Below, piece after piece: positions 61,467-64,000 of a stretch of 64,000 nucleotides of DNA (position 1 is the first letter of the stretch; each line of letters begins with the position of its first letter). The DNA is from a bacterium (GTDB lineage Bacteria > Patescibacteriota > Minisyncoccia > Phycocordibacterales > JAKAEA01). A program made the position numbers and the translations under genes. Location: assembly GCA_021785065.1 (NCBI GenBank), contig JAJYGQ010000003.1:2470-66469 (forward strand), in the 5' to 3' direction. The notes below the pieces were generated by a model that did no database searches, was not told the DNA's origin, and saw only the letters and a program-made list of their open reading frames with translations.

Positions 61467-62009
61467 ATGGATTTTTATATCATTTTTGCCGGTATTATTG
61501 AACAGGGTTTTGCCAATAAACTTGTTGTAGCAATAAATAGGGCAGCCACTCTTAAAGTAAGAAAAATATTTATTTTTTTCTCATCTTTAGGCGGGAACAT
61601 TCAAGAAGGATTCACTATCGCGTCAGTTATCCAAAATTCCACAATTCCAATATCAATCCACGCTAATAACAATATTGATTCAATCGCTAATGTAATATAC
61701 TTATCAGCAAAAGAAAGGACCGCGGAATCTTACGCAAAATTTTATCTTCATGGCGCAACAGGTCCTCAAGTTGCATACGATGAAAAAGGTTTGAAAGAAC
61801 AACTTTTGGCAGTTAAAACAGAAAATACACGCATAGCACAGTTTGTATCTGAAAATTCGAATCTAAATTTCAAAAAAGTCCAAGCCATGATGCGGGCAGG
61901 AACAACGATGACTACCCAACAGGCGTTGCAGTATGGGATAGTTAAAGAAATCATCCACAAAGAAGTACCGATTGACGCGGTCAAGGAAGAGATTTTAATT
62001 GTTAATTAA
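61467..62009 (+). CDS. ClpP-like (S14 family) serine protease, short form (phage prohead-protease-like)
   Basis: ClpP-like blocks IFFSSLGGNIQEGFTIASVI (compare INSPGGVITAGMSIYDTM), Ser in DSIAN, His in YLHGATG. Confidence 0.55.
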   Translation: MDFYIIFAGIIEQGFANKLVVAINRAATLKVRKIFIFFSSLGGNIQEGFTIASVIQNSTIPISIHANNNIDSIANVIYLSAKERTAESYAKFYLHGATGPQVAYDEKGLKEQLLAVKTENTRIAQFVSENSNLNFKKVQAMMRAGTTMTTQQALQYGIVKEIIHKEVPIDAVKEEILIVN

Positions 62010-62011
62010 TT

Positions 62012-62245
62012 ATGAAAAATACAACAATGGAATATGTAAAAAAAATAGTTGAGGAATCATTAAAAAATATGGGTTGTACTGACGTGGCATTCCCTGACCC
62101 TAAAGAAGATCTTGTTATAGCCGTTTTTAACTGCAAAGAAATTACAAGTTTTGTTACTGAAATACCAGGATGGACACATTCGGGTATTCATTTAGATCCA
62201 ACTCACGAACATCAATACAAAATTGACTTTAAAAGATTAAGCTAA
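62012..62245 (+). CDS. hypothetical protein (77 aa)
   Basis: ORF immediately after the ClpP-like gene stop (ATG 3 nt downstream); no motif. Confidence 0.35.
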   Translation: MKNTTMEYVKKIVEESLKNMGCTDVAFPDPKEDLVIAVFNCKEITSFVTEIPGWTHSGIHLDPTHEHQYKIDFKRLS

Positions 62246-62337
62246 TATTGTTTAGGTATATTATTCGCAAAATGGGAATAATGAAAATGACGCAACAAAT
62301 TAAAAATTAAATCAGATTAATCTTCTAAAAACTTTTT

Positions 62338-62766
62338 ATGGAAAACGATCGAGAAATTATATATGGTATGGAAGGTAAAAAAGTGAAGGGATTGCCTCTG
62401 GATGACTTGGAAAAATTAATGCGCGAATGGCAGAAGAAACTTCTCATGGACAACTGGAAGCTCGATTTAAAGATTGTCGATTTTAAAAGGAAAAATAATT
62501 ACCGTCAAAGTGGCGATTTCATAGCCGATCCTGACAAGAAAAACGCTTCTATCTTGATGACTTGGGATCCGTGGCGCGGCGATGAAGAGTACACGCTTGT
62601 TCACGAAATGTTGCACGTCTTGGTATATGACTATGATAAATACAGCGAGGGTTTAATTCTTGGTCATTATAAAAAATTCGAAGGTGAACACGATGTGTAC
62701 ATGGATAAATTAGAAAATCTAGTTCATCATTTGACCAGGATGTTGCTCGGGCGGTCAGACAGGTAG
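62338..62766 (+). CDS. putative zinc metallopeptidase (HExxH; ImmA/IrrE-like size)
   Basis: TLVHEMLHVL HExxH motif in a 142-aa protein. Confidence 0.45.
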   Translation: MENDREIIYGMEGKKVKGLPLDDLEKLMREWQKKLLMDNWKLDLKIVDFKRKNNYRQSGDFIADPDKKNASILMTWDPWRGDEEYTLVHEMLHVLVYDYDKYSEGLILGHYKKFEGEHDVYMDKLENLVHHLTRMLLGRSDR

Positions 62767-62867
62767 TTTCTTAATTTTGTTAATCAAAAATAAAAATAAC
62801 AAATAAAAAAGCCCAGGATTCATGACGAGTCCGGGGCTTTGGCGCTGATAGCTTATACCTACCGGCA

Positions 62868-62948
62868 TTAGCTACCTCGACAGCATGGCGAGAACGCTGA
62901 TCGGGGCGTGCTGGCTTTTGTTGCCTGCGCCGTTTTGATGCGCTTCAT
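62868..62948 (-). CDS. candidate 26-aa peptide MKRIKTAQATKASTPRSAFSPCCRGS (possible RiPP precursor) downstream of the rSAM/SPASM gene
   Basis: Perfect SD AAAGGAGG 5 nt before ATG on the minus strand; C-terminal Cys-Cys; below the ORF-track length cutoff. Confidence 0.3.
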   Translation of the reverse strand: MKRIKTAQATKASTPRSAFSPCCRGS

Positions 62949-63008
62949 GGCTACCTCCTTTCTACGCTGATAAGCGCAAATCAATTGTAACGAACTAATG
63001 AGACTATG

Positions 63009-64000
63009 TCAATGGCTGCTAGCCGAACGAATGTTTTCTTCGTTTAAGACGAGAACCTCCAAAAATTCCGGCAAGTCGTGTTTCCAATCCAAGCAATAGT
63101 CGCAACCAGGCTTGTGATAGCGCTTCATGTTGCATCCGCCCATACATATTGGGAGCATGGGGCAGTCACGACATTCCGAGAATTGGAGAGGGTCTTTTTT
63201 GACCCACAAATCATTCGGCACAGTGTCGAGGTGGATTGTCCCATCGCTGCCCAAACGGCCAACTGACCCAGTCTCAAACATCTGACCGCAACGATACAGA
63301 TTGCCGTTAAGGTCGGTGATGAAGCGATTGGGATATTCTCCAACACAAAACCCAAGTGCTCTCATCTTTTCAGTCGGAGGAAGAACTACCCAACCGTCTT
63401 TCGCCGCCCTCTTGTAGATTGCTAACGCTCTGTGAGCAAAATCATATCCTGACAGGCAGTGTGATTCGCAAGGATTAGCTGGCGAAGACACTACTGCCTG
63501 AACATTGACCTCGATCTTGTTCTTGAGACCATGCTCAGCAAGTAGTGTATAGAGTTCTGGAATCTGATCCACATTTCTGGTTGTCGTGTTTACCCGGATT
63601 GAGACCTTGAGTCCCGAGGCCACGGCGTTCTTGATGTTTTTTAATATGGTCCAGAAGGTCGGGCCGCCTCCTTTAAGTGGCCGGCATGCGTCATGAATAT
63701 CTGGAGGGCCATCAAGGGTGATGGTGAGAACAGATAAGGGTGTTGTAGCAAGGTAGGTCACCACCTCTTCACTCAGGTGATAACCATTAGTAGTGATGGA
63801 ATGACAATATTCCACCTCCGACTGTTTTGCTAAGATCGTGAATTTGTCATTCATGGCGCACAGAGCGTCGAATGAAAGAAGCGGCTCACCACCAAACCAG
63901 TCCACCTCGACCCTTTTTGCCTTCTCGCAAATCTTGCGAAACATTGCCAGAACCTTATCCGACTCTTGCGGCGATAAATACTCGTTTCTGTGCTCCTCAA
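63009..64000 (-). CDS. radical SAM enzyme with C-terminal SPASM domain (peptide-modifying or anSME-like), N-terminus beyond window
   Basis: WFGGEPLL radical-SAM block; SPASM Cys cluster CRDCPMLPICMGGC plus CDYC; reading frame stays open upstream of the annotated Met to the window edge. Confidence 0.8.
   Translation of the reverse strand, partial: EEHRNEYLSPQESDKVLAMFRKICEKAKRVEVDWFGGEPLLSFDALCAMNDKFTILAKQSEVEYCHSITTNGYHLSEEVVTYLATTPLSVLTITLDGPPDIHDACRPLKGGGPTFWTILKNIKNAVASGLKVSIRVNTTTRNVDQIPELYTLLAEHGLKNKIEVNVQAVVSSPANPCESHCLSGYDFAHRALAIYKRAAKDGWVVLPPTEKMRALGFCVGEYPNRFITDLNGNLYRCGQMFETGSVGRLGSDGTIHLDTVPNDLWVKKDPLQFSECRDCPMLPICMGGCNMKRYHKPGCDYCLDWKHDLPEFLEVLVLNEENIRSASSH

Larger units (their letters stand above)
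57488..62800. mobile_element. putative integrated rolling-circle (plasmid- or ssDNA-phage-like) element inserted at tRNA-Ile; right boundary approximate
   Basis: Serine integrase overlapping the tRNA 3' half, Rep_1-family HUH Rep, nick motif plus hairpins, palindrome/tandem-repeat block, ClpP-like and HExxH genes; ends near the convergent terminator around 62800. Confidence 0.55.

Noticed and set aside
59700-64000. Direct repeat of the tRNA-Ile 3' end marking attR
   Set aside because: No copy of GTTCGAGTCGTGGTACGCCCA was seen downstream within the window. Serine integrases need only a 2-bp crossover, so absence is uninformative. The right boundary therefore remains approximate.

Overview
This 64 kb window reads like a small-genome Candidate Phyla Radiation (Patescibacteria/Parcubacteria-like) chromosome. 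That lineage call is an inference, not a database result.

Conserved gene content:
- a thiol-redox cluster (trxA, DoxX, CAP-domain protein, DsbA-like/DsbB pair)
- secE-nusG-rplK with no rplA following
- a complete thymidylate pathway cluster (long-form dcd, folA-thyA, glyA-tmk, dut)
- aminoacyl-tRNA synthetases argS, ileS, glyQS and metG, plus recO, tatD, rpsF-ssb-rpsR, efp, recA, ftsK, rplJ-rplL
- a SEDS (FtsW/RodA) protein, a polyprenyl-phosphate sugar transferase and secDF

rRNA genes are unlinked and out of canonical order:
- 23S (about 43.3-48.0 kb) then 5S, with 16S about 7 kb downstream (about 54.96-56.56 kb); all on the plus strand.
- The 23S carries three insertions: a helix-25 insertion encoding a GIY-YIG nuclease, a group I intron encoding a double-motif LAGLIDADG endonuclease, and an ORF-less group I intron at the L2593-like site.
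- The 16S carries a 117-nt expansion hairpin and has an atypical 3' tail.

Accessory region at the 3' end:
- Downstream of 16S sit a promoter-driven lytic-transglycosylase gene and tRNA-Ile(GAT).
- A large serine recombinase overlaps the 3' half of that tRNA.
- It is followed by a Rep_1-family HUH rolling-circle initiator, which is preceded by a CTTGATA nick motif and a GC hairpin.
- Further downstream is a 376-bp structure bounded by inverted repeats and containing a 74-bp tandem repeat, then ClpP-like and HExxH proteins.
- Together these look like a roughly 5.3 kb integrated rolling-circle plasmid- or phage-like element.
- Convergent on its far side is a radical-SAM/SPASM enzyme (truncated by the window edge) with a tiny Shine-Dalgarno-led Cys-Cys peptide ORF next to it.

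Other notable features:
- an IleRS carrying an inserted histidine-phosphatase (PGAM-like) domain
- three large surface-type proteins; one combines a beta-helix with an alpha/beta-hydrolase (GHSxG lipase-like) domain
- a 535-bp ORF-free palindrome-rich spacer
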